A DNA stretch of 55,584 nucleotides, taken from positions 1 to 55,584 of the forward strand of contig JASHSU010000037.1 of assembly GCA_030038605.1 (NCBI GenBank). The letters run 5' to 3'. Positions 10,201 to 18,084 of the stretch are shown piece by piece; the stretch's first letter is position 1; the number at the start of each line of letters is the position of its first letter. The stretch comes from Thermoplasmata archaeon (GTDB lineage: Archaea; Thermoplasmatota; Thermoplasmata; Lutacidiplasmatales; UBA184). The notes below the pieces were generated by a model. That model was given only the letters and a program-made list of their open reading frames with translations. It made no database searches and was not told the origin of the DNA. Both the position numbers and the translations under genes were made by a program.

Positions 10201-10649
10201 GCCGTCGACCAGCTGCCGGCCAAACTCGTGGTGTTGACCGTGGTGCCCTGGAGGGTACCGTCCGTGTCACTCTCGCCGTAGTAGGCGACGCCCATCGGAG
10301 CGGGGGCGACCGAGTAGAGCGGTGTGACCAGCCCGTGGGTCGAGGAAAGGGGTGGAGCTTGATGGAGATTGGGCGGATGGAAGTTGGCGAGGCTCCCTCC
10401 CGAGGAGAGGATCGCCTGCTCTTTGGCCGCTACCGCGGAGGCGAGCCCCGAGTTGATCCCGAGTTGACCGGTAGCGGGCGACAGGGCACTACCGGACGAT
10501 TGGGAACTCGGCGAGGGGGTGGGCGTTACGGTGATCGGCGGCTGGGTGACCGAGGGTGCGTTGGCCGTCGCGATCACGATGCTGGACGAAATCACCATAA
10601 TTGCGGCGATGGCGAGCGCGACCCAGAAGCGAGGGCGAGTCTGTGTCAT
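4275..10649 (-). CDS. Giant secreted thermopsin-like (peptidase A5-like) surface protein with one GLPxGTxW module and nine C-terminal Ig/PKD-like repeats
   Basis: 2129-aa ORF (track start is GTG at 10664). ATG at 10649 is preferred because it lies about 26 nt from a TATA-like box. The N-terminal signal anchor is RPRFWVALAIAAIMVISSSIVIATANA. The segment LYSVAPAPMGVAYYGES ... AQLNTVLVNV ... EFWLQNYIEY resembles the thermopsin family signature as I recall it. This is followed by FTESGLASGTHWSVSIPG and then nine 111-aa repeats. Confidence 0.8.
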   Translation of the reverse strand: MTQTRPRFWVALAIAAIMVISSSIVIATANAPSVTQPPITVTPTPSPSSQSSGSALSPATGQLGINSGLASAVAAKEQAILSSGGSLANFHPPNLHQAPPLSSTHGLVTPLYSVAPAPMGVAYYGESDTDGTLQGTTVNTTSLAGSWSTADPIATAAELFDTSSGNAAGEFGAQLNTVLVNVTVGGQTSFGPNANAPGAGCSATTGTVSCPNEFWLQNYIEYTESTHALQIGDEIWNFSNPNASWSGSASTGTHTLTGFGSVSGGLYGLSGSGYAFTVTVAPPFSLVLYINYTQGPCHTDSPAGTGVPSCGSVSTTEPVNELFMNYTIIKNGARVCPTTEPTGRVCGEYDDVFFNSVGTSNPSGVPVYGPCTGPSFTPGNVNCNPRLGSATIQANGTAYDPVGLTNDYEMDYGIGSDDGATNNIVYQDGTVGINYCQNDNVTVKGSDLSCSSFSATPAAEDFGGETGETSTGEVGYWTANGPLNPGVPGPSAPVVHLVTGPSLLLGLWNMTGAPYPSGAGGEPLSYANIAPANAWVGIAAGAGQTDQALFQVAPTFGWYSYWKGSGGATSPTTLGSDLYLPVGEYTIEVLLSGYTPYIGNVNLLTSGQAPSITLVRNPSEGVYTPIWAFSSADLSNISVNGGSFGAGQSGNPYQLISGAPTVGSPFGESGSLSWLFSNLNDYLFTVWIGEFINSTTSYAESNPVPTFTMEYPSWQQSVLTQFDVPSTDQFQVYLDNVQNFTVAGGTHIYAWANSEATTLYSVICNTCHNDLFADNSFAVSNRGMEFINGGTTLTTGNALAETRNVVWGNTFTPDPQPSYTGLDAPGTGLVLSEAFDRVWNNAFYTNQTATASSADQDLWNVTCQVGYAPLSQATYPGTVTCQPASYVTTYLGFQLTGSIIGTAYQGGNFWSNYGNNPNPYANLPYVDRASSTTGSAGIGSTVVGFHGDYAPLIGYTVYDPNFAETGIASSTTATAFEVHVSNATYTWFNDTQTTTPTGTCSSNPCVDFYLPAGTYTYDEYSSLAYAANPATGSFTITNAPIGLEATLSFLGSQTVTFTESGLASGTHWSVSIPGQPTTTSTTTTVVFHLPNGGYTYTVGAVAGYATSAGSGSFSVSGAAVPISVPFYAVLTPPATPTVSATALDVDQALTVSGTIPTTGVPTYSWQWEVSVNSGLLGAATQCATNSGTGASAGAAVACVIAGNSLTPGDTYAFALQVTDSAGTPEVQTSGNSATVSVATALVAPSTPSVSATDLDADQGFSVSTTLTSTGTATYSWAWQVSVGGTSYVAATECTASSGSGASGGATETCSVTGGTFTAGDTYAFELVVTDSASHAETATSGPSSTVTVSGPLGAPGAPTVSATALDADQVLTVTGTLGSSGTAPYSWGWLVSVNGGSYTAATVCTTNSGTGASGGATETCTVTGGTLSAGSTYAFELTVTDSASNAEMQTSAPSSTVTVGSALTAPATPGVSATALDVDQALTVSGTIPSSGTGPYAWTWLVAVNSGSYGATTQCGTNGGTGASAGTPVNCVIAANTLTVGDAYTFELSVTDSASAAETQTSGASSPVAVASALTTPAKPTVSATVLDADQTLTVSGHVPFTGTAPVSWTWMVSIDGGTFVAASQCATNSGSGSGPVACVVSGGTLSAGHSYRFELSVTDSASVAETQTSVASSSVSVNSALSAPTTPSVSATALDVDQSLTVSGTIPTTGTAPYAWTWLVSIGGGTYAAATQCGTNGGSGASGGASETCVVSANGLSAGSTYAFELSVTDSASAAETQASGASSTVSVASALTAPGTPTANRPLLDVNQALTVSGAIPTTGTAPYSWTWLVAVNGGSPVAATQCGTNSGTGAAAGASEPCVVAASTLTVGDTYAFALQVTDSATSTQTQTSSASATISVASALKAPSAPTDSGTALDLNQALTVTAKLPTTGTAPYQWTWVVSVSGGSYATASQCAAPSGTGGTSGQTVTCSIASGTLTVGDTYAFKLAVSDGASTTESATTSASSTVHVKSTLVAPAAPSLSTSHLVVSQTLTVKGKIPSSGTSKYAWTWYVSVNGGAYTAATQCSTNSGTGAGAGVTETCTIAGGTLTVGNTYAFELHVTDSATAPETVVSAASKTVSVVA
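4278..7257 (-). repeat. Nine in-frame tandem repeats, period about 323-338 bp (about 111 aa), inside the giant surface protein gene
   Basis: The repeat core recurs nine times: (T/A)P(T/S)VSATALD(V/A)DQ(A/S)LTVSGTIPTTGTAPYSWTW.VSVNGG.Y.AATQC.TNSGTGA..G....C.V....L..G.TYAF.L.VTDSA. The DNA marker encoding DQxLTV recurs near 7201, 6866, 6540, 6202, 5866, 5543, 5213, 4878 and 4547. Confidence 0.9.
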
Positions 10650-10670
10650 GCTGCGCCGCAGCACGCGTTT

Positions 10671-10678
10671 GTAAAAAA
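10671..10678 (-). promoter_or_regulatory. TATA-like box (TTTTTTAC on minus strand) for the giant surface protein gene
   Basis: Plus strand reads gtaaaaaa, the only A/T run in the region. Its centre is about 26 nt upstream of ATG 10649, which suggests a leaderless or very short-leader mRNA. Confidence 0.5.
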
Positions 10679-10938
10679 GCGTTCACGGGTTGCTCACGGG
10701 GCTGAGACGCAGAACCGGCGCGCCGTCCACTTCCACTGCGCGAAAACCGCGGAGCCGGATCGGGCGACTGACGGAGACCTTACGCATGGATACGTGTAGC
10801 TCGGTGGTCTTCACCGCCGCGCGTTCTCACCTTTCGCGGAGAGTTGTGACGGATTCTCCTCGTCCGCTCGCGCGGTCCCGCCCAAATCTCTCCGTCTGAA
10901 AGCCAACGTTCATCCGTGACGCCGGACGTCGTTCCAGT

Positions 10939-12171
10939 GTGCGACGTCGGTCGTCGACCCTCAGTTGGACATGGTGGGCCCTGATCACCGGGGTGGTCGG
11001 GTCCGTCGTCGCCGTGGCGGTCGTAGGGACGGTCCTCCAGCCGAGCCCGACCAGCTCCACCGGAACGACGGCGCCGGACCCGAGCCCGCCGAGTCCCCCG
11101 CCGGCGTTGCCGTCGTGCCTGACCAATGACCCCCTGGTTCCGGACCCGGGGGGTCCGCACGGCCTGTTCGTGCTGAACCCCCCGAACGGCCCGCACAACG
11201 CGTACTACGGGGACGTCCAGGAGTACCTCCTCCACAACCCGGCGCTCTGCGGGGCCGATTTCTGGGTCCCCTGGTCGAGCGTCGACCAAGGTCCCGGCTC
11301 CTCCCCCGAATTCAACTTCAGCGCCGTGGACGCCAATGCGGCGCCCTGGATCGCGGCCGGCAAGCAGGTCAACCTGATCTTCGAGATGATCGGCGGGACC
11401 CCGAACTACGTGCCCGCGTCCGTGCTCGCGTCCGTCCCCACGTTCTCCTGCGGGGGCTCGGTCACCACGCCGGTGGAGTGGAACGCGACGTTCGAGCAGG
11501 ACTACCAACAGTTCATCGCCGCCGCGGTCCACCACTTCGACGCCGAGCGCGGGTTCGGGTACATCCGCTTCGACCTGTCGGTCTCCGGCTCCCTCGCTCC
11601 GGTCGACAACATCGACGCGTCCGGGTGCAACGCCACGCTGACGAGCTACGGGTTCAACCTCGGGGTCTGGACCGCCTACCTCGACGGGATGCTCAACTTC
11701 CAGCATTCGCTGGCCCCGTCGGTCGGACTCATCACGCCGATCAGTCCGGTCTACCCGAACGCGGGGGACAACGTCAGCGGGGCGATCTCCGCCGTGGCGG
11801 CGGCGGACGGGATCGGCATCGGCAGCGAGGGCCTGCGGGCGAACGACTCCTCCGGGGCCGTCGGGGGCATCGGGTGCGGCGGTCACGGCTGGTGCTACTA
11901 CTTCGCGAAGTACGCCGGCATCGTGCCGCTCGAGCTGCAGACCGAGGCCGCCTCCTCTCCCAACGGTTCGGGCCCCGTCGGCTCGTTAACCCAGCTCCTG
12001 CCGTTCGGTCTCAGTCAGCGAGCTCAGGTCTTCGAACTGTACCTGGACGACTGGCTGACCGCGTTCGACCCGAACTATCCCGCCTACGCCGAGTACCACG
12101 CCGAGTACGGCGCGGCGATCAACGAGACGGCGGACGAGGTCGGTTTCGTCCCGAGCGAGCTGCCGGGCTAG
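10939..12171 (+). CDS. N-terminally anchored extracellular protein, possibly glycoside-hydrolase-like TIM barrel
   Basis: 410-aa ORF with a GTG start. It has a TM anchor (WWALITGVVGSVVAVAVVGTVL), a Pro/Ser/Thr linker, and then a globular domain (FWVPWSSVDQGPGSSPEFNFSAVDANAAPWIAAGKQVNLIFEMIGG). That domain is reminiscent of GH42/GH5-type barrels, but the family is not firmly recognised. Confidence 0.55.
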   Translation: MRRRSSTLSWTWWALITGVVGSVVAVAVVGTVLQPSPTSSTGTTAPDPSPPSPPPALPSCLTNDPLVPDPGGPHGLFVLNPPNGPHNAYYGDVQEYLLHNPALCGADFWVPWSSVDQGPGSSPEFNFSAVDANAAPWIAAGKQVNLIFEMIGGTPNYVPASVLASVPTFSCGGSVTTPVEWNATFEQDYQQFIAAAVHHFDAERGFGYIRFDLSVSGSLAPVDNIDASGCNATLTSYGFNLGVWTAYLDGMLNFQHSLAPSVGLITPISPVYPNAGDNVSGAISAVAAADGIGIGSEGLRANDSSGAVGGIGCGGHGWCYYFAKYAGIVPLELQTEAASSPNGSGPVGSLTQLLPFGLSQRAQVFELYLDDWLTAFDPNYPAYAEYHAEYGAAINETADEVGFVPSELPG

Positions 12172-13073
12172 AACGACCGGACCGGGCCGCCCATCGTTCG
12201 GTGGAGCTCCTCCCGGGTGGAGTGCGCCGCGATCAGGATGAGGATCGCTCCGACGACATTCAGCAGCGGAAAGAGGAGCAGGATGGCTCCGATCCGGTAG
12301 GCGTCGGACCCGTATCGGGACCCGAACCGCCAGACTCCGATGAGGCAGCCGATGTAACCGACCAGGCCGATGACACTGCCCGCGAGGAGGGCCAACAGCC
12401 CGAGAACCGCCGCGGTCAAGCCGGGGCAGTTGGCGAGCGTCGTCTGGTTCGTGCTCGTGGACGTGCAGTCGAAGAAACTCTGGTACCCCACGAACAGCGG
12501 GTAGACGCCGGCCAGGACGAGGACCAGGCCCACGATGAGCAGGATCGACAGCGTGGAGGGGGTCGAGAAGCGGACATCGACCGGAGTCAGCGTGCGGAAC
12601 GCGAACCGGAGCAGCAGGGTGGTCGTCACGCCCACCGCCCCATCGATCGCGAGAAGCAGGTAGAACTCCCAGCGGATGGTGATCGCCGGGTTCGCCCCGG
12701 TCGTCGTGGCGATCCCGAGGATCCCGGGGACGAACAACGCCGCCGCGGCGATGAGACCGCCGGCCAGGACCGAGACCGAGGCCCAGAGCAGATAGGTCAC
12801 GGCTTGGAGGTCGACCGCGCGCGTCGCGGGCGTCGGCCCCGGGAGGGGCATCACCGGTCCCGGCATCCCGTACGGCGGGTAGTACCCGGGCGGCGGGCCG
12901 GGCGGCGGAGGCACCGAACCCGACGGTATCGAGTAGATGCCCGGCGCCGACGGCGCCCCCGCGGGCGTGGCCGCGGCCGCGAGGGGGGGTCGGAGCGACG
13001 CGCCGCAGAACGGACAGAACGTCGCACCGACCGGCGCGAGGCCCCCGCACCGGGGACACGGGCTCGATCCCAT
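12168..13073 (-). CDS. Zinc-ribbon plus multi-pass membrane protein (DUF973-like archaeal family)
   Basis: N-terminal CPRCGG..(x)..CPFCG zinc ribbon, then a Pro-rich linker (PPPPGPPPGYYPPYGMPGP), then about 6 hydrophobic helices. This architecture is typical of archaeal DUF973 proteins. Confidence 0.6.
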   Translation of the reverse strand: MGSSPCPRCGGLAPVGATFCPFCGASLRPPLAAAATPAGAPSAPGIYSIPSGSVPPPPGPPPGYYPPYGMPGPVMPLPGPTPATRAVDLQAVTYLLWASVSVLAGGLIAAAALFVPGILGIATTTGANPAITIRWEFYLLLAIDGAVGVTTTLLLRFAFRTLTPVDVRFSTPSTLSILLIVGLVLVLAGVYPLFVGYQSFFDCTSTSTNQTTLANCPGLTAAVLGLLALLAGSVIGLVGYIGCLIGVWRFGSRYGSDAYRIGAILLLFPLLNVVGAILILIAAHSTREELHRTMGGPVRSF

Positions 13074-13096
13074 CGGCGCGCCATCGGTCCTCCCGT

Positions 13097-13104
13097 TCTT
13101 AAGA
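13097..13104. promoter_or_regulatory. Palindromic TATA-like element TCTTAAGA
   Basis: Perfect 8-bp palindrome lying 24-31 nt upstream of the ATG (13073) of the minus-strand zinc-ribbon membrane gene. Confidence 0.45.
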
Positions 13105-13120
13105 CGGAGGCTGGAGGACC

Positions 13121-13138
13121 GGTTCCTCTCGAGGAACC
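13121..13138. promoter_or_regulatory. Inverted repeat GGTTCCT-CTCG-AGGAACC in divergent intergenic region
   Basis: 7-bp arms with a 4-nt spacer, read directly. It lies between the two candidate TATA elements of the divergent genes at 13073(-) and 13219(+). Confidence 0.4.
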
Positions 13139-13181
13139 CTGGTTACCCGGAGGGGAGCAGGCGGCGGGCCGCGGGCCGCTC

Positions 13182-13189
13182 CTTTATCT
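13182..13189 (+). promoter_or_regulatory. TATA-like box CTTTATCT upstream of the pirin gene
   Basis: Same octamer as upstream of ileS (41597-41604). It lies 30-37 nt upstream of ATG 13219, and GGTGAGG sits just before the ATG. Confidence 0.45.
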
Positions 13190-13218
13190 CGGTCCCGCCC
13201 CTCGAACGGTGAGGTTCC

Positions 13219-14094
13219 ATGTCCGACCCCCTCCGCTCGATCGAGAAGCGATTTCCCGGGGTGCCGACCCTTGAGGGCGCCGGGGTGCGCCTGCGACGAT
13301 CGTTCTCCAACCCCGAAGTACCCCTGTTCGACCCGTTCCTCCTCCTGGACCGGTTCGGTTCAACCAACCCCGCCGACTACATGGCCGGATTTCCCTGGCA
13401 CCCGCACCGGGGGATCGAGACGGTCACCTACGTCCTCGACGGGCGCGTGGCCCACGGGGACACGCTCGGAAACGAGGGCGTCATCGGCCCCGGGGATGTG
13501 CAGTGGATGAACTCCGGGAGCGGCATCATCCACCAGGAGATGCCCCAGCGCACCGAGGGACTGTTCGAGGGGTTCCAGCTCTGGGTGAACCTGCCGGCCA
13601 AGGAGAAGATGTCCGTCCCGGCCTACCGGGGTCTTACGTCCCAGGACTTTCCTACCGTGACCTCCGACGAGGGCGCCCGGGTGAAGGTCGTCGCCGGCGA
13701 GTTCGGCGGGTCGCACGGCCCGGTCGAGGGGATCCCGGTCGACCCGACCTACCTGGACGTCACGGTTCCGCCGGGTCAGCCGTTCGAACTCCCGACGCAT
13801 CCGGGCTACACCGCGTTCGCCCACGCCGTCGACGGGTCCGGCACGTTCGCCGGCACCGATACCGGGCCGGTGGCGGCCGGAGAGACGGTCCTGTTCGGGC
13901 CGGGCCGGGGCGTCCAATCCCGCGCCGGGCCGGACGGCTTCCGCTACCTGCTCGTCACGGGGCGCCCCTTGCACGAGCCCGTGGCGTGGTACGGACCGAT
14001 CGTCATGAACAACCGCTCGGAGCTCGTGACGGCGATGCAGGAGCTCGACCGCGGGGAGTTCATCCACCACCGGCGGCCGATCGTCGAGGAGTAG
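13219..14094 (+). CDS. Pirin family protein
   Basis: 291 aa with the pirin N-terminal cupin motif GFPWHPHRGIETVTYVLDGRVAHGD and a bicupin length. Confidence 0.85.
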   Translation: MSDPLRSIEKRFPGVPTLEGAGVRLRRSFSNPEVPLFDPFLLLDRFGSTNPADYMAGFPWHPHRGIETVTYVLDGRVAHGDTLGNEGVIGPGDVQWMNSGSGIIHQEMPQRTEGLFEGFQLWVNLPAKEKMSVPAYRGLTSQDFPTVTSDEGARVKVVAGEFGGSHGPVEGIPVDPTYLDVTVPPGQPFELPTHPGYTAFAHAVDGSGTFAGTDTGPVAAGETVLFGPGRGVQSRAGPDGFRYLLVTGRPLHEPVAWYGPIVMNNRSELVTAMQELDRGEFIHHRRPIVEE

Positions 14095-15121
14095 ACAACT
14101 CGCGGGTCAGCGCGTCGAACGCGTGACCCAGCACCCGGGCGGACCGGGACAGCTCACGCTCGGAAACCCACTCGTGCGCCGTGTGGTCCCGGTGCGGGTC
14201 GCCCGGACCGTACGCGGCACCCCCCACCTTCCAGGCCGGGGCGACGAGGTTCAGGTCGGACGTCCCGGATTTCCGCCATAGGGTGGGGCGACCGCCCTGC
14301 GCACGGACACCGGCTTCCAGCGCGCGCACGACCGCGTTGGATCGGTCGACCTCGATCGGGTCGAGGCGGACCTCCACCGATAGGCCGGGCCGGCCGGGTT
14401 CCTTCGGAAGGGACTCCAGGAAGGCGCGAGCCCGTTGACCCGGCGGAAGACGGGCATCCAATGTCACCGTGGCCCTCGTGGTATCGTCCCCGGCACTGCT
14501 CCAGCCGATGACCTTGAGCGACGCCGAGCGGAAGGGCGACGGTCCCGGGCTCAGGGCAGGCAGGCCACGGACCGCCTGAACCCACCCGAGCGCGACGTCC
14601 TCCACGGTCGGTCGGGGGGACGAGAAGTGGGTGCGATGGCCGCGGAACGTGGCGGTCCACCGGACATCACCCTTGTACCCGACGGTGATGCCGTCCCATC
14701 GGCTCGGTTCTCCGGCGATCACGGCGTCGACATCCCGTCGGCGGAGCAGATGCCGGGCGCCCCGGCTGTCCGTCTCTTCGCCGACGGCCGCGATGACTTC
14801 GACGGACCCGGTCCCCTTCCACCGGCCCGCGGCGATCAGCGCCGCGGCCAACGGGCCCTTCGCGTCGACCGCGCCGCGTCCGTAGACTCGACCGTTCCGT
14901 CGGACCACGGGGCGGCGTCCCGGCACCGTGTCGATGTGGCCGAGAAAGACGACGCGGGGGCGCCCACGACCCGCACGGGCCACGCCGTTGCCCGCCGCAT
15001 CGACGATCGCCGAGAGGCCCAAGCCCCGGGCGATACGGACGAACGTGCGCACGGCCGGGGCCTCGTGGCCGCTCGGGCTGTACGCCCGGAGGAGCCGAAG
15101 GAGCACGCCCGCTTCATCCAT
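14060..15121 (-). CDS. lysK: [LysW]-lysine/[LysW]-ornithine hydrolase (M20 peptidase, ArgE/LysK type)
   Basis: 353 aa with the M20 motifs FLGHIDTVPG and GRGAVDAKG. It is the last gene of the lysW operon, and its start overlaps the lysJ stop by 8 nt. Confidence 0.8.
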   Translation of the reverse strand: MDEAGVLLRLLRAYSPSGHEAPAVRTFVRIARGLGLSAIVDAAGNGVARAGRGRPRVVFLGHIDTVPGRRPVVRRNGRVYGRGAVDAKGPLAAALIAAGRWKGTGSVEVIAAVGEETDSRGARHLLRRRDVDAVIAGEPSRWDGITVGYKGDVRWTATFRGHRTHFSSPRPTVEDVALGWVQAVRGLPALSPGPSPFRSASLKVIGWSSAGDDTTRATVTLDARLPPGQRARAFLESLPKEPGRPGLSVEVRLDPIEVDRSNAVVRALEAGVRAQGGRPTLWRKSGTSDLNLVAPAWKVGGAAYGPGDPHRDHTAHEWVSERELSRSARVLGHAFDALTRELSTPRRSAAGGG

Positions 15122-16259
15122 GGACGATCGCCTCCTCGACCGCTTCGAGCCCCGCGCGGAGGTCGTCCTCGGCGATCACGAGCGGTGGGAGCAGGCGAAG
15201 TACCGTCGCACCCGCCGGCAACGCGAGGAACCCCTGGCGCTCCAGCCGCTCCAGGACCGGCGCGACCCGGTCCCGCAGCTCGATCCCGATCATGAGCCCT
15301 AGACCTCGGACCTCGCGGACCGACTCGGGAGGCAACGCCCGCAAGCGGCCCTGAGCCATCGCTCCGAGGCGCTCGGCCCGCTCCCAGAGTTTCTCGCGCA
15401 GGGTAACGTCCAGGGCCGCCACGCCCGCCGCGCACGCGAGCGGGTTCCCGCCGAACGTGGAGTGGTGGCTCCCGTGGAAGCGCTCCCGGACCGCCTCGGT
15501 GGTCACGGTCGCGCCGATCGGTACCCCTCCGGCCAGCGACTTGGCCAGGGTGAGGACGTCCGGCACCACGCCCCACCGCTCGAATGCGAACATCCGCCCG
15601 GTCCGGGCCAGCCCCGTCTGGACCTCATCGAAGCCGAGCAGCGCGCCGGTCGCCTCCGTCCGAGCCCGGGCCGCGCGCAGGTAGGACGCGTCGGCGACGT
15701 GCACCCCGCCTTCACCCTGGACCGGCTCGAGGAGCACCAGTGCCGTCGACTCGTCGACCGCCGCCTCCAGCGCCGGAACGTCGTTGAACGGTACGTGAAC
15801 GAAGTCGGGGACGAGCGGCTCGAACCCCTCCCGGAACTCCTTCCGCCAGGTGGCGCTCAGAGCCCCGTAGGTGCGGCCGTGGAATCCCCGCATCGCCGCG
15901 ACGACCTTCGGCCGGCCGGTCGCGGCCCGGGCGAACTTGATCGCGGCCTCGACCGATTCGGTGCCCGAGTTGGAGAGGAAGATCCGGTGCAACGACGGCG
16001 GCAGGCAACCGGCCAGCCGCTCGAGGAACTCGCCCCGAACCGGGACGTCGTACCCGGTTCCTAGGTAGAGGAGTTCGGCGGCCTGGCGCTGGATCGCGTG
16101 AACCACCGCCGGAGGCGAGTGTCCCAGATTGCCCACCCCATGGGAGACGCCGAGGTCGGTGTACCGCCGTCCCTCCTGGTCCCAGAGGAAGGCCCCCTCG
16201 CCCCGGACGAGCACGGGCCCGGGGCGGCTCCGCGGGAAGTAAGCGATCGGCTCCGTCAT
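15114..16259 (-). CDS. lysJ: [LysW]-aminoadipate semialdehyde / acetylornithine-type aminotransferase (class III PLP)
   Basis: 381 aa with class III aminotransferase motifs ([38 protein letters not shown]). It has a 4-nt overlap with lysZ. Confidence 0.85.
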   Translation of the reverse strand: MTEPIAYFPRSRPGPVLVRGEGAFLWDQEGRRYTDLGVSHGVGNLGHSPPAVVHAIQRQAAELLYLGTGYDVPVRGEFLERLAGCLPPSLHRIFLSNSGTESVEAAIKFARAATGRPKVVAAMRGFHGRTYGALSATWRKEFREGFEPLVPDFVHVPFNDVPALEAAVDESTALVLLEPVQGEGGVHVADASYLRAARARTEATGALLGFDEVQTGLARTGRMFAFERWGVVPDVLTLAKSLAGGVPIGATVTTEAVRERFHGSHHSTFGGNPLACAAGVAALDVTLREKLWERAERLGAMAQGRLRALPPESVREVRGLGLMIGIELRDRVAPVLERLERQGFLALPAGATVLRLLPPLVIAEDDLRAGLEAVEEAIVHG

Positions 16260-17050
16260 TGGAAGACCGTGCCCGCCCCGCCCAGCGCGCGGGCGACCGG
16301 GTCGGGGCCCGCGGAGGCTCCGATGACGACCGTCGGGATACCGCCCCGCAGGGCTTCCTGGGCGGCGACGACCTTCTTGTGCATCCGCCCGCCCGCGAAC
16401 GGCAGGACCGAATCGACGTCGGTTCGGGCCACCCGCGCGATCAACGTGGACGGGTCGTCCGGGACCCGGCGCAGCCCCTCGACGTTCGTCAGGAGCACGA
16501 GAGCGTCCGCGTGCAGGGCGACCGCGACGGCCGCCGCGACCCGATCGGCATCGACGTTCAGGAGCTCCCCGCCCTCCCCCAGGGCGGGCGGCCCGAGGAC
16601 CGGCAGATACCCGGCGTGGATCAGGAGCTGGAGCGGTTGGGGGTCCACGGAGGTCAACGTACCGGACCGGTCGTCCGCCACGCGGACCACGCGGCCGTCC
16701 ACGACGGCACGCGCCCCCTCCTTGCGCCGGGCCCGGAGCACGCCCGCGTCGGCGCCGGAGAGGCCCACTGCGGCCCGTCCGCGGCCGGCGAGTCCGGCGA
16801 CCAACCGCGTCTGCACCGCCCCGGCGAGCGCGAGGACGACGACCTCCAAATGCTCCGGCGTGCTCTTCCGCGAGACGACGCCGCTCGGCGTGGTGTAGTT
16901 CTCCGGGGGACGCCCGAGCAACGTGCCGAGCCGGTCCACCTCCTCGGACCCGCCGTGGACCAGCACGCAGTCCGTCCGATGGGCGAGCTCGTCCAGCACG
17001 GGGTCGAGCCGGTTGCCGGCCGCGCCCCCGACCTTGACGACGATCGTCAC
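16256..17050 (-). CDS. lysZ: [LysW]-aminoadipate/glutamate kinase (amino acid kinase family, ArgB/LysZ)
   Basis: The track ORF starts at 17128 inside lysY. GTG at 17050 gives the canonical VTIVVKVGGAAG N-terminus and is preceded by GGAGG (17055-17059) directly after the lysY stop. Confidence 0.8.
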   Translation of the reverse strand: MTIVVKVGGAAGNRLDPVLDELAHRTDCVLVHGGSEEVDRLGTLLGRPPENYTTPSGVVSRKSTPEHLEVVVLALAGAVQTRLVAGLAGRGRAAVGLSGADAGVLRARRKEGARAVVDGRVVRVADDRSGTLTSVDPQPLQLLIHAGYLPVLGPPALGEGGELLNVDADRVAAAVAVALHADALVLLTNVEGLRRVPDDPSTLIARVARTDVDSVLPFAGGRMHKKVVAAQEALRGGIPTVVIGASAGPDPVARALGGAGTVFQ

Positions 17051-17058
17051 ACCGCCTC

Positions 17059-18084
17059 CTAGATCGGGTGGAGGCCGAGAAAGTCGAGACCGGTCGTTTC
17101 GGGGAACCCGGCGCGCAGATTGAAGCACTGGACGGCCCCGCCGGCGGCGCCTTTCATGAGGTTGTCCAACGCACCGAGCGCGACGATCCGCTGGGCGTGG
17201 GGGTCGACCGCGAACCCGACCTCACAGAGGTTCGTCCCGGCCAGGATCTTGGGCTCCGGTTCCCGGTAGACGCCGTCCGCCTCGTGGACGATGCGGACGA
17301 ACGGTTCCTCCCCATAGGCGGCCCGGTACGCCCGCCACAACGCCTTGTCGTCGACCGGCTGCGCCGCCGGGGCGTGGACAGTGGCCAGGACCCCCCGGAC
17401 CGCTTCCACCCCGTGACAGCTGAGCGCGACCGGGACTCCGGTCTCCTGTTCGATCTCGGCGGTGTGACGGTGCCCGGTGGGCGCGTACGCCCGCATCACG
17501 CCCGACCGCTCGGCGTGGAGCCCCGCGGGCCCCGCGTCGCGACCGCTCGCGGAGGAGCCGGACTTGGCGTCCACCACGACCGGGCCGGCACCGACCCAGC
17601 CGGCCGCGACCAGCGGGCGGAGCGCGAGGATCGAGGCCGTCGCGATGCATCCGGGGACCGCGATGATCGCGGCGGTGCGCAGCTCGTCCCGGTGGAGCTC
17701 CGGCAGCCCGTAGACCGACTTCGGCAGGAGGTCCGGGTGCGGATGGGGTCGGCCGTAGTACGTCGGGTATTGCTCGGGGTCATGCAGTCGATAGTCCGCG
17801 GAGAGGTCGATGACCAGACCACCGGAGTGGAGCAGTTCCGGGACCCGCTCCATCGACTCCCCGTGGGGGGTCGCGACGAACGTCGCGTCGGCCCGGCCGA
17901 GCGACGCATGGGGAGTGAAGCGCAGGGGGCTCACCTTGCGCAGGTTCGGGTGGGCTCGCGAGACCGCCTGACCCGCCATCGAGTCGGACGTGACCTGGAC
18001 GACCTCGACGTCCGGATGCCGCACGAGCAGGCGCAGCAGCTCGCCTCCGACGAACCCGGAGCCGCCGACGACGGCGACCTTCAT
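17059..18084 (-). CDS. lysY: [LysW]-aminoadipyl/glutamyl-phosphate reductase (ArgC/LysY)
   Basis: 341 aa with MKVAVVGGSGFVGGELLRLL and the catalytic PGCIATA motif. It has a 4-nt overlap with lysX. Confidence 0.85.
   Translation of the reverse strand: MKVAVVGGSGFVGGELLRLLVRHPDVEVVQVTSDSMAGQAVSRAHPNLRKVSPLRFTPHASLGRADATFVATPHGESMERVPELLHSGGLVIDLSADYRLHDPEQYPTYYGRPHPHPDLLPKSVYGLPELHRDELRTAAIIAVPGCIATASILALRPLVAAGWVGAGPVVVDAKSGSSASGRDAGPAGLHAERSGVMRAYAPTGHRHTAEIEQETGVPVALSCHGVEAVRGVLATVHAPAAQPVDDKALWRAYRAAYGEEPFVRIVHEADGVYREPEPKILAGTNLCEVGFAVDPHAQRIVALGALDNLMKGAAGGAVQCFNLRAGFPETTGLDFLGLHPI

Noticed and set aside
12168-12171. CTAG shared by two convergent stop codons
   Set aside because: It is real but trivial, a 4-bp palindrome giving TAG on both strands. 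It is noted under the convergent-overlap finding and is not treated as a functional element.
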